A stretch of 64,000 nt of DNA from an uncultured Gammaproteobacteria bacterium. GTDB lineage: Bacteria; Patescibacteriota; Microgenomatia; PFEM01; DATLAM01. The stretch is taken from assembly GCA_964566925.1 (NCBI GenBank), contig CAZMIZ010000001.1:135248-199247 (forward strand), written 5' to 3'. The first letter of the stretch is position 1. Each line of letters opens with the position of its first letter. Below the pieces are notes generated by a model. That model was not told the origin of the DNA. It did not search any database and was given only the letters and a program-made list of their open reading frames with translations. Below, one piece after another: positions 19,867 to 29,475 of the stretch. The translations under genes were made by a program, and so were the position numbers.

Positions 19867-20604
19867 TCATCTCTGGACAATAATATACTTCTTCTCGGCT
19901 AAAACATCTAGAGCCATACGGATGGCTTTTTTAGTACCTGGCTCCATCTCATTAAGGGGCAAATTGCCTAAACTAAACCATTTAAACTCCGTGTTCTCGC
20001 CTGAATCTGGTTCTGCCTTGATTGTTTTTTTCCCTTCTAAAAGTTGCCACTCCTCAGATCTTCTCCCTTTTTGGCTAACTGCCTGAATGACTTCCACGAC
20101 GACATGAATTGTCCAACCCGTTTTTGAGTCTTTAAAGGGTTTTGCTCGTATTACCGAGACTTGGGTAGGCGTCCTTTTTGATTCCTCAAACCTCCCCCGA
20201 TAAGCGATTTCTTCGATAAAATCGCCATACGTAAACTCCCTCTTGTCTTTGGCTCTAGCTTTAGCTTTCTGATCTCCAGAATCAATATCTCTTTCTTCGA
20301 TCGTTTCCATCATTGGCGCCCAAGTTGTTTCCCCCCAAGGTTTTTCTTTTCTCCGAGCTCTTTTTCCTAACAAAATTTCCATTTCCACAAGGCTTGAAGG
20401 TTCTAAGATCGGCAAGCCTAATTGATTAAAGGAAACCAGCGCCACCGCCTCTTTTCCTTCTTTTAACCCCCTTCTAAGATTTTTCTTGATTAGCTGAAAT
20501 GGCGCCTGATAATCAAGCTGGAGATTTCTAAATCTCCCATTTACCTCAAGCTGAGAAAAAATTTCCTCTAAGCTGGTTACTGGTTTCCCTGCTTCTTCTA
20601 CCAT
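19867..20604 (-). CDS. hypothetical protein
   Basis: 245-aa ORF. No confident family assignment. A Nudix box was looked for and not found. Confidence 0.4.
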   Translation of the reverse strand: MVEEAGKPVTSLEEIFSQLEVNGRFRNLQLDYQAPFQLIKKNLRRGLKEGKEAVALVSFNQLGLPILEPSSLVEMEILLGKRARRKEKPWGETTWAPMMETIEERDIDSGDQKAKARAKDKREFTYGDFIEEIAYRGRFEESKRTPTQVSVIRAKPFKDSKTGWTIHVVVEVIQAVSQKGRRSEEWQLLEGKKTIKAEPDSGENTEFKWFSLGNLPLNEMEPGTKKAIRMALDVLAEKKYIIVQR

Positions 20605-20624
20605 AAAATCTCCCCTGGAATATT

Positions 20625-20855
20625 TTATCGCCCAATCCCTAATCTCTTCAATCTTTTTTGATACTCTGGTAAAACCCAGGTTCTGGCGTCTTGGGGATGG
20701 AAACGGAGCCGGCCTTTCTCAACCACTTCAGTGGTTCTTTTTTTGGCCATATATTTAAGCTGCACCCAACAAGCTAGGGCTTCCAGTTTGGCAAGTATTG
20801 CTTGACCCATTGATTCGCCTTTAAAAACTTTGGGTAGGTTCCGTCTTTTTCCCAT
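20625..20855 (-). CDS. hypothetical ORF overlapping the 3' end of the NTase gene (possible frameshifted continuation)
   Basis: 76-aa ORF in a different frame that overlaps 20774-20855. Confidence 0.25.
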   Translation of the reverse strand: MGKRRNLPKVFKGESMGQAILAKLEALACWVQLKYMAKKRTTEVVEKGRLRFHPQDARTWVLPEYQKRLKRLGIGR

Positions 20856-21424
20856 AAAACTTTCATTTGACCAACTTCGTGGGCAGAAAAAAGATCCCGT
20901 TCTTTCTTAGGAATGGCCAAATGAACCTCGTCTAAGAACATATTCAAACAAATTTTATCTCTTGCTTTTTGGTCGCCTGGTCGGCGGCGGGAGGCAACCA
21001 CTTCAATTAATAAAACCGCTAGCAATCTCGTTAACCAAAGCCGATTTTTAGTAGTCACGATCATTAAATCAATGTCATCTTCCTTATCTGTGTTGGCCAT
21101 GGCCAGAGCGCCTGTGACGGCCACCATTTTGATGGTCGGAATAAACTTCAGCCAATTGGCAACCCGCTGGCCAATCTTTAATTTTTCCCGGCTCCAGCGG
21201 GCCCGCTTTTGACGAAGAGAAACCAACCTCCTTCTTCCTCTTAGATAATAATAGCCTTCCTTTTTAGCAGTTCGGGGAAGTTTCTCTAATGCTTTTTCGA
21301 TATCCGATATCCGATATCCGATATCCGAAAGAAGAAATTGCCAGATTTCTTCTTTTTTCAACGGATAATCAAAAACATCAGCATAGGCAAGAGTGCGAAA
21401 AATTGCCTTTGATAAGGGCTTCAT
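20774..21424 (-). CDS. Pol-beta-superfamily nucleotidyltransferase-domain protein
   Basis: GALAMANTDKEDDIDLMIV fits the hG[GS]x9-13DhD NTase motif. Confidence 0.5.
   Translation of the reverse strand: MKPLSKAIFRTLAYADVFDYPLKKEEIWQFLLSDIGYRISDIEKALEKLPRTAKKEGYYYLRGRRRLVSLRQKRARWSREKLKIGQRVANWLKFIPTIKMVAVTGALAMANTDKEDDIDLMIVTTKNRLWLTRLLAVLLIEVVASRRRPGDQKARDKICLNMFLDEVHLAIPKKERDLFSAHEVGQMKVLWEKDGTYPKFLKANQWVKQYLPNWKP
21301..21328. repeat. heptanucleotide tandem repeat (TATCCGA)x4 inside the NTase-like CDS
   Basis: cgaTATCCGATATCCGATATCCGATATCCGAaag read directly. Confidence 0.85.
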
Positions 21425-21447
21425 GCGCCTATGATATCACAAGGAGC

Positions 21448-23172
21448 CTAGCGAGCGGTGTAACTCCCCAAGCCATATTGGGAAAGAAGCTGGGAAACCC
21501 CTTCCGAAGCAGTGAGCAAAGCTTCTGCCGAGGTGTCACCATCATTAACGGCATTAACCGCATCTTCAAAATATTTAATCATCCGGTCATTAATTCCGTT
21601 GTCAAAGGTTCGGGAAGCTAAATACCAAGATTGGGCCAAGGACGCTTGCTCAATGAACGGGGCGGCCATGGGGTCGCTTTTGATTAAATCGGCCATGTCT
21701 ATTCGAGAGAAGGGTTCGCCGAAAAGTCTAGTTTGGCTTTCGGCTTGATAAAGCTTTTGCATTACCTCTCGACTGGAAAGATATTTTAGAAATTCCCAGG
21801 CCTGTTCCTGGTTTTTACTTTTTTTCGAAACCCCCTCAACCCAATAAGAAGCCCAGTTTACTTCGGTGTCTGAAAGTTGGGGGGCGGCGACCACTTTGAA
21901 CTCAAGATCGGGATTAATGTTCTTAATCTCAAAAACGTCCCAGGAAAAGCCAAAATACATCGCCAGTTTTCCAGTAGCAAAAGCTAGCATTGAAGAGGGT
22001 AAAGTTTCATTCCAAACCCGATCGACTCGGCTAAAAAGAGTGAAGTAGGTTAAGGCGTCTTCAGCTAATTTTCCGGTGGGCGCCGCCAGATTAGCTCCGT
22101 TCTGGAGCATCATTAAACCCAAAATATCGCTCCAATGCTCTACGTTTCCGGTTAAACCTAGGGCCGCTCCGGCAGTCTTGATCTCCCCCTGTTCGTCTCG
22201 AACAGTTAAGGCTGAAGCTAAGGTTCGTAATTCATCCCAAGTAGTTGGTGGCGTTTTCCCAGCTGCCCTAAAAACCTCCTCATTATAAAAGAGAGTTAAG
22301 GTATCAATCTCGAGAGGAATGCCTAAATAGTCAGTTCCTGATCGAAGATCGGTTCTCGCTACCGGATAGTAGGTCGCCTCAAAAGAAGAAGCATCCATCA
22401 CTGAAGCGGGTACAGAATCAAGTTCATTCTTAAGCATCGGGATCCAGGTGTTGTGAAAGCGGAAAATATCTGGCCCTTCTCCTCGAGCTAAAGCGGATTG
22501 AAGCCGTTCCCGGTATTCATTTTTAGAGTTACGAACATAATTCACTTTAATCCCCGGATGATCATTCTCCCAGTCGGTGATGACTTGTTTCATCACCGTA
22601 TCTGGCTCCCAAAGCCCCCAATAGACCAAGGTCACTTCAGATGGTTTTTGGAGCCGAGGTAACCCAAAGCGAATCGCGGCAATAATTCCCCCAATAATCA
22701 GTAAAAGAACCAAAAAAGGCAAAATAATCTTTTTTAGCGAGCCAAACCTTGATTCATCTTCGAGCTGAAGAATTTCAGACTTCCCGGGTGGTGGTTCTGT
22801 TGGCGGCGGTTCTGGTGCTGGTGGTGAGGGCGGCGTTGATTCCGGTTGAGGGGAAACCATTGATGGCACCTCAGGCATTACTTCTACTTCAGGAAAAGGC
22901 GCTGGTGGTGGTTCGACTGGCGGTGAAGAAGGAGGCATTTCGGGGGTCGGACTCTCTGGAAGAGGCTCGGCTCCGCCTTCAGCAGAAGTTGGCGGCTCAA
23001 AAGGAGAAACTGGTTCTTGAACAGATGTTTTTTGATCCTCTGATAATGGATTATCGTTAGGCGGGACCGGCATAGATTTTACGCTTTTACTAATGTTATC
23101 ATACACAAGATGAATAAAACTTTGCAAGAACTCCAGAAACAGCTCAGAAAATTCACCAAAAAACTCCCTCAA
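21448..23172 (-). CDS. extracellular solute-binding protein (ABC sugar SBP family 1-like), membrane anchored with Pro-rich linker
   Basis: TLVYWGLWEPD ... DHPGIKVNYV SBP_bac_1-like core after a TM helix and PPxP-rich spacer. The real start may be at the internal Met near 23070. No cognate permease or ATPase genes are nearby. Confidence 0.6.
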   Translation of the reverse strand: MREFFGEFSELFLEFLQSFIHLVYDNISKSVKSMPVPPNDNPLSEDQKTSVQEPVSPFEPPTSAEGGAEPLPESPTPEMPPSSPPVEPPPAPFPEVEVMPEVPSMVSPQPESTPPSPPAPEPPPTEPPPGKSEILQLEDESRFGSLKKIILPFLVLLLIIGGIIAAIRFGLPRLQKPSEVTLVYWGLWEPDTVMKQVITDWENDHPGIKVNYVRNSKNEYRERLQSALARGEGPDIFRFHNTWIPMLKNELDSVPASVMDASSFEATYYPVARTDLRSGTDYLGIPLEIDTLTLFYNEEVFRAAGKTPPTTWDELRTLASALTVRDEQGEIKTAGAALGLTGNVEHWSDILGLMMLQNGANLAAPTGKLAEDALTYFTLFSRVDRVWNETLPSSMLAFATGKLAMYFGFSWDVFEIKNINPDLEFKVVAAPQLSDTEVNWASYWVEGVSKKSKNQEQAWEFLKYLSSREVMQKLYQAESQTRLFGEPFSRIDMADLIKSDPMAAPFIEQASLAQSWYLASRTFDNGINDRMIKYFEDAVNAVNDGDTSAEALLTASEGVSQLLSQYGLGSYTAR

Positions 23173-24933
23173 ATTTCGGCTGAAAGAATTGCCTTTTTAG
23201 TCCTCATTTTAGTTCTTGCTTTTTTATTTTTAGTCTTTCTCTCCTATCACCTTGCTTATTGGCAAAAAATTTATCCGGGAATAACCGTGCTGAAGGAACC
23301 AATAGGCAACCAAACTCTGGGAAAGGCAACAGAAAAAATTGAAGGGCAAATTGCCAAGATTGAATTAAAAACTCTTCCCCTGATTTACCAAGAACAGGCA
23401 TGGTCAGTGGATCTCCATCAACTTGATTTTAGCTATAACGCCACGGCCACGGCTCAGAAAGCTTACCAGGTCGGCCGAGCCGGCTCCTTAACTCAGAATC
23501 TCAAAGCCAAAACCGAGGCTTGGTTTAAGGGTATTAATCTCAATTTAAATTATCAACTCAGTCAAAATCTCCTAGAAAACCGAGTGGCCACTATCGCCGG
23601 AGAACTTTTTATCCCGGCGATCGAGCCAACAATTCAAGTCTTTGAGGCGACCCCAGCTGGCGCCTTAAGCCGAATCGCGATTGAAGCCGGCAAAGAGGGC
23701 CGAGAGCTAGATCAACAGAGACTTCTGTTAATTATTGATCAACGACTCTCGACCGCCGATTTTGATCCTCTTGAGCTACCAGTCATTATTCTCTCACCGA
23801 GTTTGACTGATGATCAAATCGCCAGAACGAAAACCAGGGCCGAAAAATTTTTAGACAAGAAATTAGTTTTTTCTCAAGATGAAGATCAATGGGAATTAGA
23901 TGAACAGGAATTGATCGGTTTCCTTTCTTTCACTGATCAATATGAAGAGGCAAAAATCGCCAGTTACACGGCTACTCTCGCCCAAAATATTGATCGTCCT
24001 CCTCAAAACGCTGCTTTCCAATTTGAAGGCGGTCGGGTCACTCAATTCCAGCCCGCCAAAGAGGGATTAACTTTAAAACAAGAAGAGACCATTAAGTCAA
24101 TTATCACCGCGCTTGAGAAAATTGAGGCCGGGGAAGGAAATCAGCCGATGATTAATCTTTCGGTTATTACCGCCTCTCCGGAGGTGACCGTCGAAGAAAT
24201 TAATGACCTAGGCATCAAGGAACTTTTAGGCCGGGGTGTTTCTTATTTTCGAGGTTCAATCACTTCCAGAATTCATAATATTCAGCTCGCTTCTTCCCGG
24301 TTCAATGGTCTTTTAATCCCCCCAGGAGAAACCTTTTCTTTTAACCAAGCCCTGGGTGAGGTCTCGCCGGCCACTGGCTTTCAACAGGCCTATATCATTA
24401 AAGAGGGCCGGACAATTCTTGGGGATGGCGGTGGGGTTTGTCAGGTCTCCACTACCTTTTTCCGAGCCGCTTTAGACGCTGGTTTACCGATTATCGAACG
24501 CCAGGCTCATGCCTATCGGGTGGCTTACTACGAACAAGGCTTTTCGCCTGGGCTGGATGCCACCGTTTGGGAACCAAGCCCAGATCTAAAAATTAAAAAT
24601 GATACTCCCGCCCACATTTTAGTCCAAGCTTATGCAAATGTTGGTGCCCGGAGTTTGACTTTTGAGTTTTATGGGACTTCAGATGGCCGCCAAGCCACGA
24701 TTGGTAAGTCCCGGATTTGGGATCAGGTTCCTCCCCCACCTGATCTCTATCAGGATGATCCTACCTTGCCAGCTGGCCAAATTAAGCAGATTGATTGGAA
24801 AGCTTGGGGTGCCAAAGTGGCTTTTGATTGGAAAGTGGTTCGCGGCGATGAAGTCCTTCAAGATCGAACTTTCTATTCAAACTACCGCCCCTGGCAAGCC
24901 GTCTTTTTACGAGGCACTGGTCCAGCTCAATAA
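23110..24933 (+). CDS. VanW-family protein
   Basis: LGDGGGVCQVSTTFFRAAL is the VanW signature. N-terminal TM helix. Confidence 0.75.
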   Translation: MNKTLQELQKQLRKFTKKLPQISAERIAFLVLILVLAFLFLVFLSYHLAYWQKIYPGITVLKEPIGNQTLGKATEKIEGQIAKIELKTLPLIYQEQAWSVDLHQLDFSYNATATAQKAYQVGRAGSLTQNLKAKTEAWFKGINLNLNYQLSQNLLENRVATIAGELFIPAIEPTIQVFEATPAGALSRIAIEAGKEGRELDQQRLLLIIDQRLSTADFDPLELPVIILSPSLTDDQIARTKTRAEKFLDKKLVFSQDEDQWELDEQELIGFLSFTDQYEEAKIASYTATLAQNIDRPPQNAAFQFEGGRVTQFQPAKEGLTLKQEETIKSIITALEKIEAGEGNQPMINLSVITASPEVTVEEINDLGIKELLGRGVSYFRGSITSRIHNIQLASSRFNGLLIPPGETFSFNQALGEVSPATGFQQAYIIKEGRTILGDGGGVCQVSTTFFRAALDAGLPIIERQAHAYRVAYYEQGFSPGLDATVWEPSPDLKIKNDTPAHILVQAYANVGARSLTFEFYGTSDGRQATIGKSRIWDQVPPPPDLYQDDPTLPAGQIKQIDWKAWGAKVAFDWKVVRGDEVLQDRTFYSNYRPWQAVFLRGTGPAQ

Positions 24934-24940
24934 AGGGAAA

Positions 24941-26353
24941 ATGAAAAACCAAAACCTGAACCGCCTCATTCTTGGTTTTCTGTTGGTGGGACTTTTTTTG
25001 CTCTTCTTCCTTCCCCCCACTGATCCGGATTTAGGCTGGCATTTGCGTTGTGGTCAGCAATTTTGGGAACAAGGAAAACTTTGTGCCCAAAATACTTTCA
25101 GCGTTCTCATGGCCGACTATTACTGGCCTGACGCCCGAACTTTTTATCAAGGTTCAATCTTTCCTTTTTATAAAATCTTTAATCTTTTCGGTTTAAGCAT
25201 GGTCAATAGTTTTTTGCTCTTGGCGACTTTCGTTCTCTGGCTTTCTTTATCAGGGAAAAGGGAAATTAAGGCGACACTTATGCCTTTAATTATTTTTCTT
25301 TCTTGGTCAGTTTTAGGCTTTGGTATTCGCAACCAGCTCATCAGCCTCTTTTTCCTCTTCGCCTTAATAAAAACCATTGAATTAACGGAAAAAAACCAAA
25401 AATGGGCTTTTCTCTTCCCTCTGATAATGTTTTTTTGGGCTAACAGTCACGGCGGGTTTGTGTTGGGAGTTTTTTTACTCTCAATCTTTCTCTTTGAAAA
25501 AACCCTCCGGCTCTTAACCAGGCCTCACCAGGACAAAAACTATCTCTTTTTTCTCATACCTGTTCTTCTTAGTCTTGGGGCGACTCTCTTAAACCCTTTT
25601 GGGATTAAAATTTATTTTGAAGGTTGGCGACACCTCATGATTGTCCCTCTTTCTCAGTTGATTGCTGAGTGGGTGCCCCCCCAACCTTGGCTCCAAATCA
25701 CGATTTTAATCTTCCTGGGATTGACTCTTGGGGTTCTTTACCAAAACCGAAAACAGCCTCTAACTCTCCTTAAAACCATCACCTTGATTTTCTTGGCTCT
25801 TTTAGCTTTAAGAGCCAGGCGAGATCTAGCCTTTTTCTTCTTTTTGGCGGGTTATCTTTTCTCCTCATTAAAAATTAAAACAAAAATATTTCCATCTTTG
25901 GCTCTACTTGCTGCCGCCTTTATTTTCGTTTTAGGTTTTTTCTTCCAGCTTCCAAGAACAATGATGATCGATGGGAGCTGGGATCAATTTTGTCAAATCA
26001 GATATGCCTGTGAGGGCGTCTCCTTTTTAAAAGAGCGGCCGGAAAAGGGCAATATTTTTAACACCTATGAACAAGGAGGTTTTTTAATCTGGCAGCTACC
26101 AGAATATAAAGTTTTTATTGACGGCCGAATGCCCGCCTGGCCTCATCCTTCGGGCAAAAGTCCCTATACTATCTACTTAGAAACTTTACAGACTCAACCG
26201 GGCTGGCAAGAAACCCTTCAGGATTATGATATCAATTGGCTTTTCATTGGTCCGGGGACTTTCATGGATCTGAAAATCCGAGATGATCCTCAAAGCCTTG
26301 GCTGGCAAGAAGTTTTTCGGGGAAAACGAGCCGTAATTTATCAAAAAATATAA
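24941..26353 (+). CDS. polytopic membrane protein (hypothetical; possibly glycosyltransferase-like)
   Basis: The track ORF starts at 24662 in a different frame and overlaps VanW. MKNQNLNRL at 24941 is the plausible start. About 12 TM helices. Confidence 0.5.
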   Translation: MKNQNLNRLILGFLLVGLFLLFFLPPTDPDLGWHLRCGQQFWEQGKLCAQNTFSVLMADYYWPDARTFYQGSIFPFYKIFNLFGLSMVNSFLLLATFVLWLSLSGKREIKATLMPLIIFLSWSVLGFGIRNQLISLFFLFALIKTIELTEKNQKWAFLFPLIMFFWANSHGGFVLGVFLLSIFLFEKTLRLLTRPHQDKNYLFFLIPVLLSLGATLLNPFGIKIYFEGWRHLMIVPLSQLIAEWVPPQPWLQITILIFLGLTLGVLYQNRKQPLTLLKTITLIFLALLALRARRDLAFFFFLAGYLFSSLKIKTKIFPSLALLAAAFIFVLGFFFQLPRTMMIDGSWDQFCQIRYACEGVSFLKERPEKGNIFNTYEQGGFLIWQLPEYKVFIDGRMPAWPHPSGKSPYTIYLETLQTQPGWQETLQDYDINWLFIGPGTFMDLKIRDDPQSLGWQEVFRGKRAVIYQKI

Positions 26354-26358
26354 ACTAG

Positions 26359-26904
26359 ATGAGAGCCTTCATTGCCCTAGAATTACCAGAAGAAATAAAG
26401 GACGAGATTAAGGCACTCCAAGATGAGCTTAAAAAAGCTGGGGTTGAGGCGCGGTGGGTTAAACCGGAAATCAGCCACCTAACCTTGGCTTTCCTGGGCT
26501 CAATTAGGCCTAATAAGGTGGAACTAATTGGCCAAATTCTTGATGAAGCAGCGGCTCAAGTTAAACCAATTAAACTCTCTTTTTCCAAAATTAATTGCTT
26601 TCCTAATCTGAATAAGCCCAGAATTATTTTTATTGATTTGGCTGGTGAAACAGATCAACTCCAGGCTTTAGCCCTTGAAATTCGGAAGAGGTTGAAAAAA
26701 CAAAAAATCTGGTTTGATGAAAAACCGTTTTCTTCTCATCTTACCTTAGGAAGAATCAAAAAAAGAAAAAACCTTACTAAAATTTTAAAAAGAATCACGT
26801 TTAAAAGAATTGAGTTCCAGGCCAAAGAAGTCGCCTTAAATAAAAGTGATCTTGGTCTAGTTGGCCCAACCTATATAAAACTTAAAAAAGTTTTTTTGGT
26901 TTAA
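26359..26904 (+). CDS. thpR: RNA 2',3'-cyclic phosphodiesterase / 2'-5' RNA ligase (2H family)
   Basis: Two H-x-T-x motifs, HLTLAFLG and HLTLGRI. Confidence 0.75.
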   Translation: MRAFIALELPEEIKDEIKALQDELKKAGVEARWVKPEISHLTLAFLGSIRPNKVELIGQILDEAAAQVKPIKLSFSKINCFPNLNKPRIIFIDLAGETDQLQALALEIRKRLKKQKIWFDEKPFSSHLTLGRIKKRKNLTKILKRITFKRIEFQAKEVALNKSDLGLVGPTYIKLKKVFLV

Positions 26905-26942
26905 GATTTGCTTTTTTCATGAAAAGGAATTAAAATCGAATC

Positions 26943-27572
26943 ATGGCTGAGGATAAAGCCAAAGAGGAAGGGCTAAAAGTTTCAAGAAGAGATTTCTTAA
27001 AAATAAGTGCGGCAGGGGCTGGCTTTTTGACTCTTGGCGGAGTTTTATCGAGCTGTGGCTTCAAACCTTCTGAAACAACTCCTCCTTCTGAATCTCTCGA
27101 AAATCAATTAGGATATCGCCTTAAAGAGGCCTTAAACAAAACCAAAGAAGCTAGCGAGGGTTTAGTGGTTGACGGCATCGCTAAAAAAACCGGCGATCTT
27201 TCTAGTTACGCCGTTGAAACCCCGGTTCTTTGCCTGCCTATCGGCGGAGACCAGCGAAATCAATTTCAGTTAGGCTTTCTCAAGGCAGGGGCTGAGGTTT
27301 CTTCTTCCTATTTGGCTTATCTTGTCAATCGTCAAGAAGGCAAAGAGAAATACGAAGTTTGGGATGTACTTTTGGTTGATTTAAAAGCAGACTTCAAAAA
27401 CTCTTGGGAATTTGGCAAAGTTGGTGGCTGGGATGAAAACCGATTGACAGAAGCAGTTGCCCAAAACAAGGATCACTTAGTTGAATTCGAGGGTCGAATA
27501 GCCCTCTTTTGCTTTAATGGAGAAGAAACCCAAAAGAAAAATGAAACGATCCCTTCTGGCCCGACTCCGTAA
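26943..27572 (+). CDS. Tat-signal lipoprotein (hypothetical)
   Basis: SRRDFLKISAAGAGFLTLGGVLSSCG is a twin-arginine signal with a lipobox Cys. Confidence 0.45.
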   Translation: MAEDKAKEEGLKVSRRDFLKISAAGAGFLTLGGVLSSCGFKPSETTPPSESLENQLGYRLKEALNKTKEASEGLVVDGIAKKTGDLSSYAVETPVLCLPIGGDQRNQFQLGFLKAGAEVSSSYLAYLVNRQEGKEKYEVWDVLLVDLKADFKNSWEFGKVGGWDENRLTEAVAQNKDHLVEFEGRIALFCFNGEETQKKNETIPSGPTP

Positions 27573-27614
27573 AACCTCGGAAAATCTTTAGTTATTAAAA
27601 GGTATAATTAATTC

Positions 27615-28604
27615 ATGCGAATTTTGGGAATTGAAACCAGTTGCGACGAAACCGCCGCCGCAATAGTTGAAAGTCCTTCGACAAGCTCAGGATCAAAAAT
27701 TATTACTAATGTGGTTGCTTCTTCAATTGCCCTTCATCAAAAAACCGGCGGGATTATCCCTGAAGTAGCGGCCAGAGAGCAAATAAAGTCCATCATTCCA
27801 ATGGTTGAGGAAGCCATTAAAGAGGGACAAGAGATTGAAGCGATTGCTGTCACTGTTGGCCCAGGCTTGATTGGCTCACTTCTGGTGGGAGTCGAAACCG
27901 CCAAAACCCTAGCTTATGTTTGGCAAAAACCAATTATCCCGGTCAATCATCTCCAAGCTCATTTATACGCCAATTGGTTTAATAACCAGCCGCCACAATT
28001 CCCTGCCCTTGGCCTAGTCGTTTCCGGTGGACATACCGAGCTAGTTTTAATGAAAAGCCATAAAGAGATGAAATGGTTGGGTGGGACGCGTGATGATGCC
28101 GCCGGCGAATGCTTTGATAAAACTGCCCGGCATTTGGGTTTAGGCTATCCCGGCGGTCCAGAAATCGCCAAACTAGCTAAAAAAGGCAATCCCCAAGCCT
28201 ATGATTTACCTCGACCAATGATTAACCAAAAAAATTTAGATTTCTCCTTTGCTGGTCTGAAAACCGCAGTCATCAACCTCACCAAAAAAGAAAACAAGAT
28301 TAAAAGGATCGATTTAGCCGCTTCAATCCAGGCCGCGATTATTGACGTTTTAGTTAAGAAAGCTCTTCAAGCAGCCGAAAAACACCAGGTTAAAAGCGTT
28401 CTCCTTGCTGGTGGGGTGGCCGCCAACCAATATTTACGCAAAGAAATGAAAAAAAGCCTATCAACTCTCCACTCTAAACTCTATATTCCCGAACCAAACC
28501 TTTGTACTGACAACGCCACCTATATCGCTGGTTGCGCTTATTTCAATTACCAACCGCTTGCTTGGCCAAAAATTCAGGCTGATCCCGGAATGAAAATATG
28601 CTAG
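27615..28604 (+). CDS. tsaD: tRNA N6-adenosine threonylcarbamoyltransferase
   Basis: MRILGIETSCDETAAAIV and a Kae1/TsaD fold throughout. Confidence 0.9.
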   Translation: MRILGIETSCDETAAAIVESPSTSSGSKIITNVVASSIALHQKTGGIIPEVAAREQIKSIIPMVEEAIKEGQEIEAIAVTVGPGLIGSLLVGVETAKTLAYVWQKPIIPVNHLQAHLYANWFNNQPPQFPALGLVVSGGHTELVLMKSHKEMKWLGGTRDDAAGECFDKTARHLGLGYPGGPEIAKLAKKGNPQAYDLPRPMINQKNLDFSFAGLKTAVINLTKKENKIKRIDLAASIQAAIIDVLVKKALQAAEKHQVKSVLLAGGVAANQYLRKEMKKSLSTLHSKLYIPEPNLCTDNATYIAGCAYFNYQPLAWPKIQADPGMKIC

Positions 28605-29254
28605 CTAAAGACATTACCTTGATCAACAAACCCAAAGGTATCTCTTCGGCTCAGGCAGTGACCATAATCAAAAAGAGGCTAGGGATCAAGAAAGCCGGCC
28701 ATGCCGGCACTTTGGATAAGGAAGCCTCAGGTTTATTAATTATTGGCCTAGGCAAAGGCACCAAAAAACTCTCCGATTATCAAAAACTACCTAAAGAATA
28801 TTGGGTTAAGATTAAATTGGGGGTTCAAACAGACACTGATGATCTTTCCGGAAGAGTAATTCAAAAAAAGTCAGTTAAAAACATTAGTTTGAAAAAAATT
28901 GAAAAAACTCTGAGAACTTTTTTAGGCAAACGAGAACAACTGCCTCCTGTTTATTCAGCCGTTAAAATCAAAGGCAAACCAGCTTACAAATTAGCCAGAA
29001 AAGGAAAAACGGTTAACCTTAAACCAAGAACAGTGGAGTTGATCGAGGCTGAAATAAAAAAATTTGAGCCTCCCTATCTGGTTTTAATAATCAAAACCAG
29101 TAAAGGCTTTTATGTTCGCAGTTTAGTTCGCGATCTCGGCGAAAAGCTTAGTTGCGGCGCGACCGTAGCCGCCCTTACTCGGACCGCTATTGGGCCATAT
29201 TTACTTTCTCGGGCTCAAGCAATCCTGGAAAAACCTGGCCAGTTTGAGAATTAA
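28598..29254 (+). CDS. truB: tRNA pseudouridine-55 synthase
   Basis: GHAGTLD catalytic motif and a PUA-less short TruB. Confidence 0.9.
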   Translation: MLAKDITLINKPKGISSAQAVTIIKKRLGIKKAGHAGTLDKEASGLLIIGLGKGTKKLSDYQKLPKEYWVKIKLGVQTDTDDLSGRVIQKKSVKNISLKKIEKTLRTFLGKREQLPPVYSAVKIKGKPAYKLARKGKTVNLKPRTVELIEAEIKKFEPPYLVLIIKTSKGFYVRSLVRDLGEKLSCGATVAALTRTAIGPYLLSRAQAILEKPGQFEN

Positions 29255-29272
29255 GCCCAGTTTAGGTATAAT
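29244..29272 (+). promoter_or_regulatory. promoter TTGAGA-N17-TATAAT inside the 3' end of truB, preceding a roughly 200-nt leader for valS
   Basis: Hexamers and spacing read directly. Confidence 0.45.
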
Positions 29273-29475
29273 CAGGCTATGTCTCACTTAGAAAGAAATC
29301 CGGGAATAACCTATTGCTTTAGTCATCCCCGTGAGGCACTGGTGGCAACCATGCTGAAGATTGGCGGTTCCTTACCTGAAGGACCAGGGGTTTCATTGGG
29401 CCGCAAAGAGGACAAAGAGTCTGCTTGCCAGCTTAGTATTCCAGAATTGACCCAAGGGCTAGTTCATAGAAAAAA

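Noticed and set aside
19867-20604. Nudix hydrolase assignment for the 245-aa protein
   Set aside because: No GX5EX7REUXEEXGU Nudix box could be found, so it is left as hypothetical.
24662-24940. N-terminal 93 codons of the track ORF 24662..26353
   Set aside because: This stretch overlaps the 3' end of the VanW gene in another frame. A Met at 24941 with a hydrophobic signal-like sequence is the credible start.
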